Origin: Schmidtea nova | Lineage: Eukaryota | DNA: 64,000 nucleotides | NCBI GenBank assembly: GCA_044892505.1 | Contig: CM097882.1 | Coordinates: 148,738,001 to 148,802,000 of the forward strand | Direction of reading: 5' to 3' | Notes under the pieces: model-generated | Databases searched by the model: none | Told to the model about the DNA's origin: nothing | Seen by the model: the letters and a program-made list of their open reading frames with translations, nothing else | Position numbers and translations under genes: made by a program | Part shown: positions 14,001 to 27,000 of the stretch, one piece after another | Position numbering within the stretch: the stretch's first letter is position 1 | How the letters are laid out: every line of letters begins with the position of its first letter

Positions 14001-14585
14001 ATCGGTGATTCCATTATTTTTCCCACTTAAATTGATTAAAACAAATTAATAAAACAATTAAATAAAAAACATTTAAAACAATTCAATTCAATAATAGATT
14101 TGCTATATTTACAATTAATTAAAGCCCTTTATAAATTCCCTAACTGATCCGTATAAACAATAATAAAATTAAAACTCGTCTAGCAAATGTCTTATTAAAA
14201 TATTTTCTTTTGTTGCTTTTGAAAACTTTCGAAATTTCTTTCATTTTTCACTTACTAATAATTAATTTAAATTGTATACATTTAAAATTTAGACATCTTT
14301 CATTCAATTATTTCGTGGATTGATATTTAGTTTAATAATTAATCCGGACGCAGAATTCTATAATAGAATTTCTTTAAGTTATTAAATAAAAATAATCAAT
14401 TTACTCTCATTAAATAATGTAATTGAATATTAAATTAATTATTTAATTTTGTAATTGAATATTAAATTAATTATTTAATTTTGATCTTCAAAGTACATAA
14501 TTTGTAGATCAATTATTAAATTTTTAATATATAAAGATTAAATATTAATATAAAGGTAAAAACGATAAGAGTTGATTTCATATAA

Positions 14586-14651
<66 letters not shown>

Positions 14652-17600
14652 TGTAGAGTAAATATAAACATGAAATCAATGATTTATGGGAGGCTTTAGA
14701 ATCTCAATCGATTAATTTGGTATTATTGGCTATTGCAAATAATAAATTATTTACTGAAAACAAAAATTCTTATTCTTTATATTCTTCTTATTATTTTTGG
14801 GCTGGCGAAATCGAAAATAAAGTTTGTTTGAATTTATCAAAAATTAAGTATATACAAAAAGGAACAAGTTTAAAAAACGTACGATAAAGCATTAAGCAGT
14901 AAACTAGCGCAAAAGAAAATGAAACAGTAAAATACAAATATTTTTGAGTTAAATTTTTTTTTCATTAGTTTCGGTCTATTTAATTGTTAGTAAACCATCA
15001 TAACCTCCTTTAGTACTCCATATGCTCCAGTGGTTTTAATGCAGAAATTGGCAGTACACACAGTAAGATTACATGGCTGAGGCATTACTCTATTCTCTCC
15101 GCCATAGACTAACTTTTCCAACCAATAAAAGTGTTTTATTGAATCACAAGCATAACAATGAAGACCATGTATTTTTAGAATTATAGCAATTAAAAAGCTA
15201 ATTAGAATCCAAAAACAGTTACAATACATAATAATTTCAAAAAATAGTAATATTTGATAATTATAAATCACAATTTTAAATCCAAAAAGTTTCTAATAAA
15301 ACAAAGTAATTGCGTCAAACAAACGCACATAAATGTCCAATTATAGTAATTTCTTTTAATTTCTTTTTTAAAAAACTTTTAAAAGTAATTAATTAGAAAA
15401 TGTCGTTATAACAATTAAAAATATAACAATGTCGTTAATAACAAAAATATATCAATGTCGTTACAGTTAGGAAATGAGATAAAAAGTAGAATTGAGACGT
15501 TCTTTCAAATGATACATTTTAATAATTGTGGATTTGATTTATTAAATTGGAATTGGGAATTAATTAAGTCGTTCATATCGTATTTAACTAAATTTAATTA
15601 ATAAATTTGTTTGTTTTGCTCTCTTCTTTCCACAACTGAATTAAGATTTAACAAGTTCCTATTTCATTGAAACATAGTGTTGTTCTGATAACTTGTTCCC
15701 AGACAGAAGTCAATTTTTAGACCACTACATCAGCCCCCATCGGAAGATGCAGAGCGCATTTTAAAATACTATATCTCCGCGGAAAAATCGATAAGGGCTC
15801 GTCCCGACGGTCTAAAGACCCTACGGGCGCTAAATGGACTCTCGTCCTGACTTCCTTCGGGAAGTTAGGCGATGCGGCGTACTTGAACCGAATTTTAGAC
15901 GGGAAAAAAAGGGGAATGCAAGGATTATTCATCGTTTTGGTGAATTATTTTTGAATGAATAAAAGTAGTCAGGAGCATTTTTGATTTAGTATACAATGGT
16001 TTGAAGATGAATAAGAATAGATAGAAGCATTTTGAATATTGATGTATCGTTTTTAAAGATGAATAAAGGTAGATTTTTATTAGCAAGGAATAATAGATAA
16101 TTGAGACGTGGAATAGAGATCGACATGGGATAGTCGGGGGTGATAGATAAGTAAGAGATATTTCATGCGATAGGACCGAAAAGTATGCAGATGCGCAAGT
16201 CCTTCTAGCAGCAGCAAAAACCCGAAAGAGAGAATTTAATGAGGAGTAGTTACGACAACTGATCTCACCTGCTCTCTAAATTCTCGCCATTATGTAAAGT
16301 ACCAGCATAGTTACTTGGGTAATAACTAGGGGTACAAGTGTGCGAGGGATTGATATTTATGTGGCGGTGTGGGTTGTATTAAGCCCTAGAAATCGGTAAT
16401 AAGTTTTTTTTTAAATACACATACCACCCCACNNNNNNNNNNNNNNNNNNNNNNNNNNNNNNNNNNNNNNNNNNNNNNNNNNNNNNNNNNNNNNNNNNNN
16501 NNNNNNNNNNNNNNNNNNNNNNNNNNNNNNNNNNNNNNNNNNNNNNNNNNNNNNNNNNNNNNNNNNNNNNNNNNNNNNNNNNNNNNNNNNNNNNNNNNNN
16601 NNNNNNNNNNNNNNNNNNNNNNNNNNNNNNNNNNNNNNNNNNNNNNNNNNNNNNNNNNNNNNNNNNNNNNNNNNNNNNNNNNNNNNNNNNNNNNNNNNNN
16701 NNNNNNNNNNNNNNNNNNNNNNNNNNNNNNNNNNNNNNNNNNNNNNNNNNNNNNNNNNNNNNNNNNNNNNNNNNNNNNNNNNNNNNNNNNNNNNNNNNNN
16801 NNNNNNNNNNNNNNNNNNNNNNNNNNNNNNNNNNNNNNNNNNNNNNNNNNACTGCGCAATATATTTCGAGAACTTAATTCTTTTCATCAGCTGCTACTCA
16901 ATCTTCCATTCAAATATAAATCAAATAAAATGATTTACGAAACAAATTAATAATAATTTTTATAATGAAATGCATATTATAAATTTTATAAAATAGCCAA
17001 AGAATTTAAAACAATAAAATCTTTTTTAAAAAAAAAATAAATTAATCTTAAAAATATAATATTTTCTTATTTATAAAAAAAATATTTTTTTAAGAATATT
17101 TTCATATTTATAAACAACAGAATGATTGAAAACAAAATCCATAATCCCCAATTGAAAATGCTCTAATACTCGACTACAGAAAAGACGGTTAGTCTTCTCC
17201 AAAGTATGTGACATTTCGTCCATGACATTTGAAATATTAAACGAGTATAGAACACAAATCAAAAGAAAAAAATAAACATCATCAACAATCACATCTAAAT
17301 GTATAGAGTTTTATATTGCTATATTAGTATTTCGATTTAATGATGAGGTTTACATTCGTGATGATTATTTCTCTTATTCTATTATTTATGAATTAATTTG
17401 TGTGACTGTTGGCGATTCTAAGTTTTCTGTATTGCTTAGTCAATTAATGGGATTTAGCGTTGTTTTCAGTCATATCGATGTTTGTAAATATGTGAGTGTG
17501 AGAATTTTGAGTGCGTGTGTTTGTCTCAATTTTGCGGTTTGAGTAAATTAACTGATGTGATTGTTGATGATATTTATTTTTTTCTTTTGATTTGTGTTCT

Positions 17601-20600
17601 ATACTCGTTTAATATTTCAAATGCCATGGGCGAAATGCCACATACTTTGAAGAAGACTGACCGTCTTTTCTGTACTCGAGTATAAATAATTTAAATTTCA
17701 TAAGTTTTAAAATAATTGTTATAATTAATGTACATTAATGTATATTTAAATTTTTATAATTTGTAATTTTTATTTTTAAAGCTTGTAATTTGAAGAGATG
17801 AAATAAATAATTAAATTTTAATACATTATAATTTATAAATAATTTTATACATTTTAGAATTTATAAATTGTCGTGAAAATATTTTGTTCAAGGCTGAAAA
17901 TTTGTTTGAAAATTATATAATATTTCATAAAATAAAAACTTGGAATTATGACTTCAACTTCTCAACCTGATTTAGAAAATAAATTAGAAGATGTTCTAGC
18001 AACATTTAATATGTCGATCACGTCAATGGAATTCTTCATAAAGAAGCTATTTCCGAGCGATTTCCATAGGGGAGATGATGTTGAGACATTCGTTAAAGAT
18101 GTGATAAATATTTTAAAGTAGTTCAAATGCCTACTTCAAAACAAAAGGTGATGGTCGATTTTCTGATCGACCAATGTTTTAGATAAATATATACAGGAGT
18201 TTTTCCAAATATTAAATGCCATAAGGAAAAATTGCGGAAAACATTAGTCAAAAAAAACAACGTTGGCAGAGGATTTACAATCGGCTATGTCCTATAGAAA
18301 GACGAGCGAGGAGGTCAAAAAGATGAGTTAGTTGATAAAATATTGGGACATGAGTTAAATAAGAAAAGCTTAACAGAATATTTGCTGGTACATTGTGCAG
18401 CCGAGAAGAATTTGAAGCGAAAATTGTGTTTAAGTGATACAAAAAGAAACAGTGGAAGTGTAGAGAAAAATCAAGAAGTTACACGAATCTCGTATAGTGG
18501 CAGAAGATATCTATGCAGTGAAAAAAAGAAGACCAGAACCGAATTTAATAAGAAGTTACAAAGACGCGGTTACAAATCAAACAAGAAATATTGTATCACC
18601 AAGATATAATAACGAGCCGAGAGAATATCGAGAGGAAAGACCGAATAGAACTAAGAAATAATGTTGGACATGTCACAAGGTAGGACATTTGAGTAGAGAT
18701 TGCATAACAAGGAAGGCAGTTACATGTTTTAAATGTGGAAAACAATAACATGTAAAAAGCCAGTGTCCACATGTGCAGAGAAAGGTAATTGAATGTTATG
18801 TTTGTGGTACCCCAGGACACGTGAGAAGAGATTGTCAAAAAATAAGCTGTACGAGATGTAGCTTAGGAGAACATAAAGAAGCAGATTGCTACACAAATTT
18901 TGGGAGAATGAGATATAGGAGAATCAATCAGAATTTTGGTAGGCAACAAGAGCAATACGAAATAGGAAATGGTTATCAAGGAGCGAGAAAGGAGACAAAA
19001 CAAGCAGACAAAAAATACGTTGCACTTATAGATGAACCAAGTGATGAAAGAATAAAAGATAAATACAGAGAATACCAAAACGTCAACGCCCCGATAGAAG
19101 AGAAAATAGTCGGGGCAATGTATTAAACAGCGTTGCTGACTCCCAAATTATTAATTTTTATAGTAACAGTAGAATATCATGTATTTTAAAGAAAGATATG
19201 AAAGATACAGAGGTAACGAAAGAGGATAATAATGTAATAAGGAAAGTAAACAGATTCATCAAAAAGGATTTTACAGAAAGAGAAAGAGATAAAATACAAA
19301 TACTGACATTAGATGAATGGAAAAATGATATTATTAGTTGTGATAAAATGCAAGGACGACGAAGATGGAATGATTGCTCGATACAGGAGCTACAGTAAAT
19401 TTCATGAATTGGAGCAAATTTGATAAAGTTAATGATGTAGAGCTAATAACAACGACTGATACATTGAGATGTGCGTATAATAATAGTGTTTTAGAAACGA
19501 ATGATATATGACTCAAAAGGTAATTGGTCATTTAGAGTTGCAAAAACAATTTGGTATATCACTAAAGTTACCAGTAGAAGAGGTCGAGATAATGAAGCAA
19601 GATCACACGTGCAGTATCGAAGCCAAATTTGAGAAGACAATAACGGAGATGGAGCGATTTCAAAGAGCAAAGAATACATTAAAGATAGATAATCCGATAC
19701 TACTGGACATTATAGAAAAGAATCAAAATGTTTTTATGGCAGATAAATGGGACATCGGTTACACAAAGCTGTTGAAGCATAAAATAGAAATTAAAGGACA
19801 ACCGATAAATATTAAACCTTGGAGACAATCAGTCAACTTGGAAGGTAAAATAGATGAAGCGATAAAATATTTATGGGAAAACAATATCAAAAAAGTGTAA
19901 TTCACCATGAAAAACTCCATTAGTATGCGCCTGGAAGAAAGAAAAGCAAGATATCGGATTATGCCTTGATTTCAGGCAATTAAACCCGGTAACAGAGAGA
20001 CAGGCGTTCCCTATGACAAATATAGCAGAGATGTTAGATAAATTGGGCGGAGCAAAGTATTTCAGTTCAATAGATCTTGGAAATACATATTATCAAGTAG
20101 AACTAGGAGAGGAATCAAAGTTAAAAACGGCGTTTTCAACCAAGTCAGGGCAATACTGTTTTAACAGAATTCTATTTGGAATAGCAGCGACACCTGGTAC
20201 TTTTCAGGAACTTATGGTAAAAGTATTAATAGGCATGAGATATGCAGCAGTATACCAGGACAATATTTTGATATTTACAGAGACGATCAATCATCATTAC
20301 GAAGTCTTAAATGAAGTGCTTGACAAAATTGAAAAGACGAGTCTTAGGATAAACCCTAAAAAGTGCCATATCCTTAAATGAGAAATCAAATGTTTAGGTT
20401 ACATAATCTATAAAGATGGTATACAGATGAACCCATCAAAGCTAGACGCGATTAAATCATTTTAAATGCCAAAATGTGTTACGAATCTGAGAAGCTTCCT
20501 AGGAATATGCAATTATTACAGAATACGCAAAAAAGGCAAGAGTTCTAGAAGATTTATGCGGGTTAAACAACAAAAGATTAATTTGGAATGATGGATGCAA

Positions 20601-23574
20601 CATCGCATTCGAAAATATGAAAAATGCTCTAATGTCCTCACCTATTCTAGGGTTTCCAGATTTCGAAAGAAAATTCATTCTGGTTACAGGTGTTAGTTTT
20701 GACACGATTGGTGCTGTATTATCACAGAAAGATGACAATAGGTGTGAAAAGTATTAGCATACGGTTCTCATGCAATGAACAATCATGAAAAGGGATATTG
20801 CATAACAAGAAAAGAGTTGCTGTCAATTTATTATTTTTGTCAACATTTCAATCATATGGAAAACGGTTCACTTTGAGAACGGATCATAAAGCTATCATGT
20901 TTATGCTATCTACAAAAGAAACCAATAACAACGCAATTTCAGATATGGATTAATTACCTCAGTAGTCTGGATATTAAAATAAGGTCTAGAAAAGGTACAG
21001 ATCATGCAAATGTAGAAATCTTGTCAAGGAGTACATGTGGAACATGAACACAATGTTTATTGGCACACGAAGACGCGAAAGTAGAAAGAATGAAAACTTG
21101 AATAATAAACACGATGGAAAAACTGAAGATTATAAGTGGCAAAACAATAATACAGAAATAGAAAAAATAAAAAAGGAAAGAGCACATCGTTCTAGTAGGA
21201 AATTTATACTGGTAGACAATGTGGTGAAAACTATAGACTCTATAGTATAGAGGGTAAGATATGGATACGTAGAGACAGAAGACAAGAAATGATAAAAAGT
21301 ATACATATTTTACTATCACACGCAGGAGCAGAAAAAGTGACAAAATATATAGCGGACAATTACGATATGAGAGACATAAAAAGAATCAGTAAAATAAACA
21401 ATTGCAAATTGCAGATCATGTCAAAGAACGAAAGTTCTAACAACAAAGATGAGGGAAGAGACAATAAAACTGACAGCAGGAGAACCGTGGGAAAAAGTGT
21501 ACATTGATATATGTGGCCCATTACAGGAAACATTCAGAAAGAAAAGATATAAAATCGCAATTATTGATCAATTTAGCAGATATATCTCTCTGACGGTTGT
21601 CGCAAAACAGAATGAAGAAACGGTGAAGGAAACAATACTACAAAAATGGATTCTTAGATTTGGAGCATCAAAGGAAATTCACATAGATTGTGGAGAAGTA
21701 TTTGAATCCAAGATGATGAAAGATTTTACAAAATTATTGGGAATTACACTATGCTTTTCAAGTCCATACCACCATAATGCAAATGGTTTGATAGAACGTC
21801 AATTCAGGACAATAAGAGACTATATAAAGGCACCATTAAAAGGGAAAAGTAGAACAGATTGGGCAGAGATCATACCGGAGATTGAATTTACCATGAATAC
21901 AACGTTTCAGAAATAATATTTGGAAGAAAAATAGCTCGAGAACAATTTCATAGTAAAACGCCAATTTCACAAAATGGAGATACACGAGAAACAACCCAGA
22001 CAAAAAAATCCATCAATATTGGAGATGAGATACTGGTAAAAGATAAGGAAAGATACAAAGGCCCATACATAATAATGCAGAAGATCCATGACCGCCAATA
22101 CCTGTTACAAGATGAAAGTGGGAAAATGATCCAGAGAAATGTTGAAAAGATGAAGAAATTTCATAAAGAAGAAGGATGTGAGGTGTTTTCAGCTGAGAAC
22201 TAAATATTTCAATGATTTATTACAATAATTTGAAATGATAAATAATTTAAATTTAAAATAATTGTTATAATTAATGTATATTTAAATTTTTATAATTTTT
22301 ATAATTTGTAATTTTTATTTTTAAAGTTTGTAATTTGAAGAGAGGAGATAAATAATTAATTTTAATAAATTATAATTTTATAAATAATTTTATACATTTT
22401 AGAATTTATAAATTGTTGTGAAAATATTTTGTTCAAGGCTGAAAATTTGTTTGCAAATTATATAATATTTCATAAAATAAAAACTTGGAATTATGACTTC
22501 AACTTCTCAAACTGATTTAGAAAATAATTTAGANNNNNNNNNNNNNNNNNNNNNNNNNNNNNNNNNNNNNNNNNNNNNNNNNNNNNNNNNNNNNNNNNNN
22601 NNNNNNNNNNNNNNNNNNNNNNNNNNNNNNNNNNNNNNNNNNNNNNNNNNNNNNNNNNNNNNNNNNNNNNNNNNNNNNNNNNNNNNNNNNNNNNNNNNNN
22701 NNNNNAGTGATGTGTGTAGAATAAACTTGATATCTTCGTAACTCTTGGTGATATCCTCACTCTAGTACCATTAGTTACTCTTTGGTAATTGTTAGCGGTT
22801 TGTGAACCAATCAGTAGGTGAAAAAAAACTAATCGTCAATATATTCTCCTTTTGGGATTATGGCTGGTGATAAAAGGTATTTCGCACACACTTACTCTAA
22901 GTGTTCCATTGCTATAATATATAAATTTATTATTTTTTCTAGTATTTCAATTAATATTTCACTATTTGGATAATCCGTAATTTAATATACTTATTTTCAA
23001 CCACGTCGTATAACCCCCCTCAAAATCACCATTAGAAAAGCCAAACCAAATCAAAATCAAGATTTATTTAATCAGTGTTATTTTACAAAAAAGAATATAA
23101 AGAACAGCAGAAATACGGAGAATTTTAAACAATTTACCAAACGGAATTTTACCAGAGTTTTCCAATTAGAAGACCAATTTTATTTTTCATAAAATATAAT
23201 AATTCAATGAAATCATTGTTTAATTGAAAAATTACCTTCCATTAAAAGTCAACAATTAATTAGTTTATTTGAAATCATCAATCTTTCTCAAAAAATACTT
23301 TTTGCCGACAATCAAAATTTTAGAATAATTACTTTTGCATTGATAAAAAAATGATTGTGAAAAGTCGGATTTTATGAAATTACGAAAAAACTCATTTAAA
23401 ACTTAGAAAATTGCCAAATTGAGATGAAATGATATTTAATTTGATTTTTATAAAATATTTTTTTAAAGGCTGTATCGAAATATTGTGTGCCTAACAACCA
23501 TAGTCTTACAAAAATTAATATGAAGATTATTGAATTAAAAATAAAAAACATTTCATTCTATGGTATTATGTTAC

Positions 23575-23655
<81 letters not shown>

Positions 23656-24008
23656 CTGTTTTTACGCGAATTGTTTTTACACGAATTTGTTTTAACACGA
23701 ATTAAAAAAATTTTGTTTTCTTTTTACACGAATTGCTTTGTATTAACACGATTTAATAATATATATAATAATATATTTAATGAATTAAAATGTGTAAGCA
23801 CGAAAAATAAATTCTTTTGTGAACTCTAATAAGGATTTTTTTATATTTATTATTATACTTTTGTTTGTTTATTGTATTTTTGTTGCTTTTTTAGGTATGG
23901 AACCAATCTACTATTTTTCCATTCAGCCAAATAGCTTTTTTACACGAATTTTTTAGGAACGTATCTATTGTGTAAAAACAGAATTATGTATATATATTAT
24001 GTATATAT

Positions 24009-24068
<60 letters not shown>

Positions 24069-27000
24069 CATGATTTATTTTAGAAATTTATGGAATAATC
24101 TGGTAATGCATTATATGTTTCTATGTCTATTATTTAAAACGTCCAAATAATTATTAGAGAACAAAGTCCACCAAGAGGCAAACATATATACAATGTATTC
24201 GTAAATTAGAATGTTGTAATAATAATTAGGCTGCTAAAATTTCGAAAAGTTATATTTGATAATATTATAATTTATTATAATTTATATTCAATGAATTATG
24301 TTTAGCGAAAAATTGGCATGTATTGTTATACATTTGATATTTGACCTGGTGGCATTGTATAAAATTCTTCTAATATCCGATGCTTATCTATATTACATTT
24401 TTGTGTATTATTTAATTTCACACTCACAAGACACGAAAAAATTACAAAATTAACCATTGATCAAAAAGAACAAAGAGGCCACGAGATAAAGTAAAATAGA
24501 GGGAAAAAATGTCAACAAAAAAAGGGAGCATGTTCTTTAAAAAAAGTCCTAGCAACCAAAGTTTGACGAAATATCTTTCTTTTTCTCGTCCACTTTCTTT
24601 TTTTCAGTTTAACTTTCGTTTTCTCTTCAGCCAGAATAGCACCTTAATTGAGGGGAATTCACTTTATCCCAATCTATAATTTAATTTGTTACCATTGAGA
24701 AAACGGAAAAATTAAATTGATTTGTTTTTCTGCTTGACAATCTGAAATTTTGCCTATCAAGTTCCGGGATTCCGTTAGTAATTAAATTTATTTATTTTTC
24801 CCAAATAATTAATTAATTAGTTTGTATACTTTAAAATAACTTTATCTGGGGACTCCCAACCGATTTATATACTGTATTCATGTTTGTCTCATAATTTCCC
24901 ATCTGCCATACCCATTTCCCCCGACAAAATATTATTTTCTTATTTATTTAATTTTTAATTAATTTTGATAATTCATTAATGATTTTTTTGAATTTTACGA
25001 AATTGTTATTATGCACAGTTTTTTGTGCATTTTTGCTCAATTAATTCAACCCAAATAAATATATTATTTAAATGTCAAAAATTCCAAATATTGCATCTGG
25101 GAAATACAAACAATTCATTTGCAGAAAAAACAAATATATATAATTCACAGTTGTATTTGTTGACAATACACGAGAAACATTGTAAACAATAGTTGTACGA
25201 TTTAGAAAACATTTTTAAAATTTATGTAATTAGTTGTATGTAATAATGTTGTAATGCATTGCAAATTTCTATGTCTATTATTTAAATCATGCGAATAATT
25301 ATTAGAGAACAAAATCCACCACGAGGCCAAGCATATATACTTTATATTCGTAAATTAGAATGTTGCAATAATAATTAGGCCGCTAAAATTTCCTTAAGTT
25401 ATATTGGATAAATCGAACAGTTCAGTGCACAATCCCCAACTAGTAAAAAGGTTGCTGCCTAGCATCAATGCCAAAGTGCACAATTGATCAATTATTAGTC
25501 CCCATAGCAACATAGTTAAAGATTTATAGAAGGTAATTTCAAATAAGGTATTATGCGAAAATTTTAAAACTATATTAGATTTCATTCAAAATATCAAAGA
25601 ATGAATTAAATTAAATTTTGAGTTTATATCTCAAGAAGTAAATTATATTTGGAGTGAGAAAACAAGAAAATCTTTATAGTAAAAATTAATGTAATTTAGT
25701 TTCGGGTAATTATTTTTACAAGTATGGATTTTAAAAAAAATGCTAAAATATTGTATTTATGCTTATTTTGGTTTGTATTGTTTTATTATAAGATAAAAAT
25801 ATACTTCAGTAATAAAAATGACTTAAGAATTTTGCTTTTAATATTGAAACTCAATTTTAAAAGCTAATTGTAAGAAAGTAAGATATTTTTCTTATTAAAT
25901 AATTTGATTATTTTAATTGTAAAAATTTAATTTAAAAAAATATTAAATATTTTAATAATCATTGCCAAATAAAATTTATTAAAAGATTTTATACATAGCT
26001 ATCGGTTACAAAAGTTATTGTTTCGTCAAATATTACAACCAACAAAAATTATGCTTTCAGCAATTAATTTACAAAGAATTTATTGTTTCTACAAAATATA
26101 TAAATTACCTTGTGCTTTGAAAATGACAGCTGAAAAAATAAAAACAATAATTAAAACAACATGAATGAAACAAAATAAAATAAATTGAAAGTACAATGTG
26201 AAATGTATAGCATTTTAAAGTTTAAAACTTTAAAACACGTGAGATTTTTAAAAAAAAGATGATCACAGAAAAGACGTGCTCGGGTTTATCTATGCGATTT
26301 TAGGGTACATTCATAGAATGTTCTAATTGAATCTATATAAGCAGGAAAATGTGCGGAGCATTTATGAGATTCACACACACAAGCATTTATAAAATGCAGT
26401 CAAATGTACTGGACAGCTAAGTAGACGGATAATAAATACATACGTATCTATTTACACTTGCCTAGCTTACAAGCTAAAGTCACGTGAACGTGAGGTAAAA
26501 ATTCTCTGTTTATAGAAATAGAAATAGTGTATTAATACTTAAAAGCATTGCGTATCTGGATTGCGTATCAGTCGTATCTGAATTGTTATAAAAACAACAA
26601 ACGGTTTATAGTACCAAAATGTCGAATTGGTACACAAAATCATCAATTATTTATTTCCAGCAGTCGAAAGTTTATTTAACAAATGCCGATGATAAAATAA
26701 ATTGGATTGAAAAGAATAAAAGTCATGCATATGGTTGCTATGGTGATGGGAAAAAATGTAAACGATTTATTTTGTTTAATAAATCTTATCATAAAAATGA
26801 TTTAGTCATTTATAATGTTTTAATGAAATTTTATATTATGCTTCGTAATCCAAATACTCAAAATTATTGTTAATAACTATTTTGTGTGTTCATTTATTAG
26901 TGATTTAAAAATGACTTTTTAGTATAATTTAACCAAAAGATTTTATTGACCTATTGTTAATATAAGACTAAGTTAGTACTTAAAGCAATGTGCCAAATTT

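Larger units (their letters stand above)
17683..22533 (+). mobile_element. Degenerate Ty3/Gypsy LTR retrotransposon, antisense in nrg intron 3
   Basis: Direct repeats 17683-~18004 and 22239-22533; PPT aaagaagaagga then TGTGA at 22177; domain order gag-PR-RT-RH-INT; many stops and frameshifts. Confidence 0.95.

Noticed and set aside
22896-22911. 16-nt candidate micro-exon (ag|CAATGGAACACTTAGA|gtaagt, NGTLR, Ig-like)
   Set aside because: Exons 2 and 3 already join in frame, and including 16 nt would shift the frame
23487-24150. YIYIYI ORFs
   Set aside because: Translations of (TA)n microsatellites
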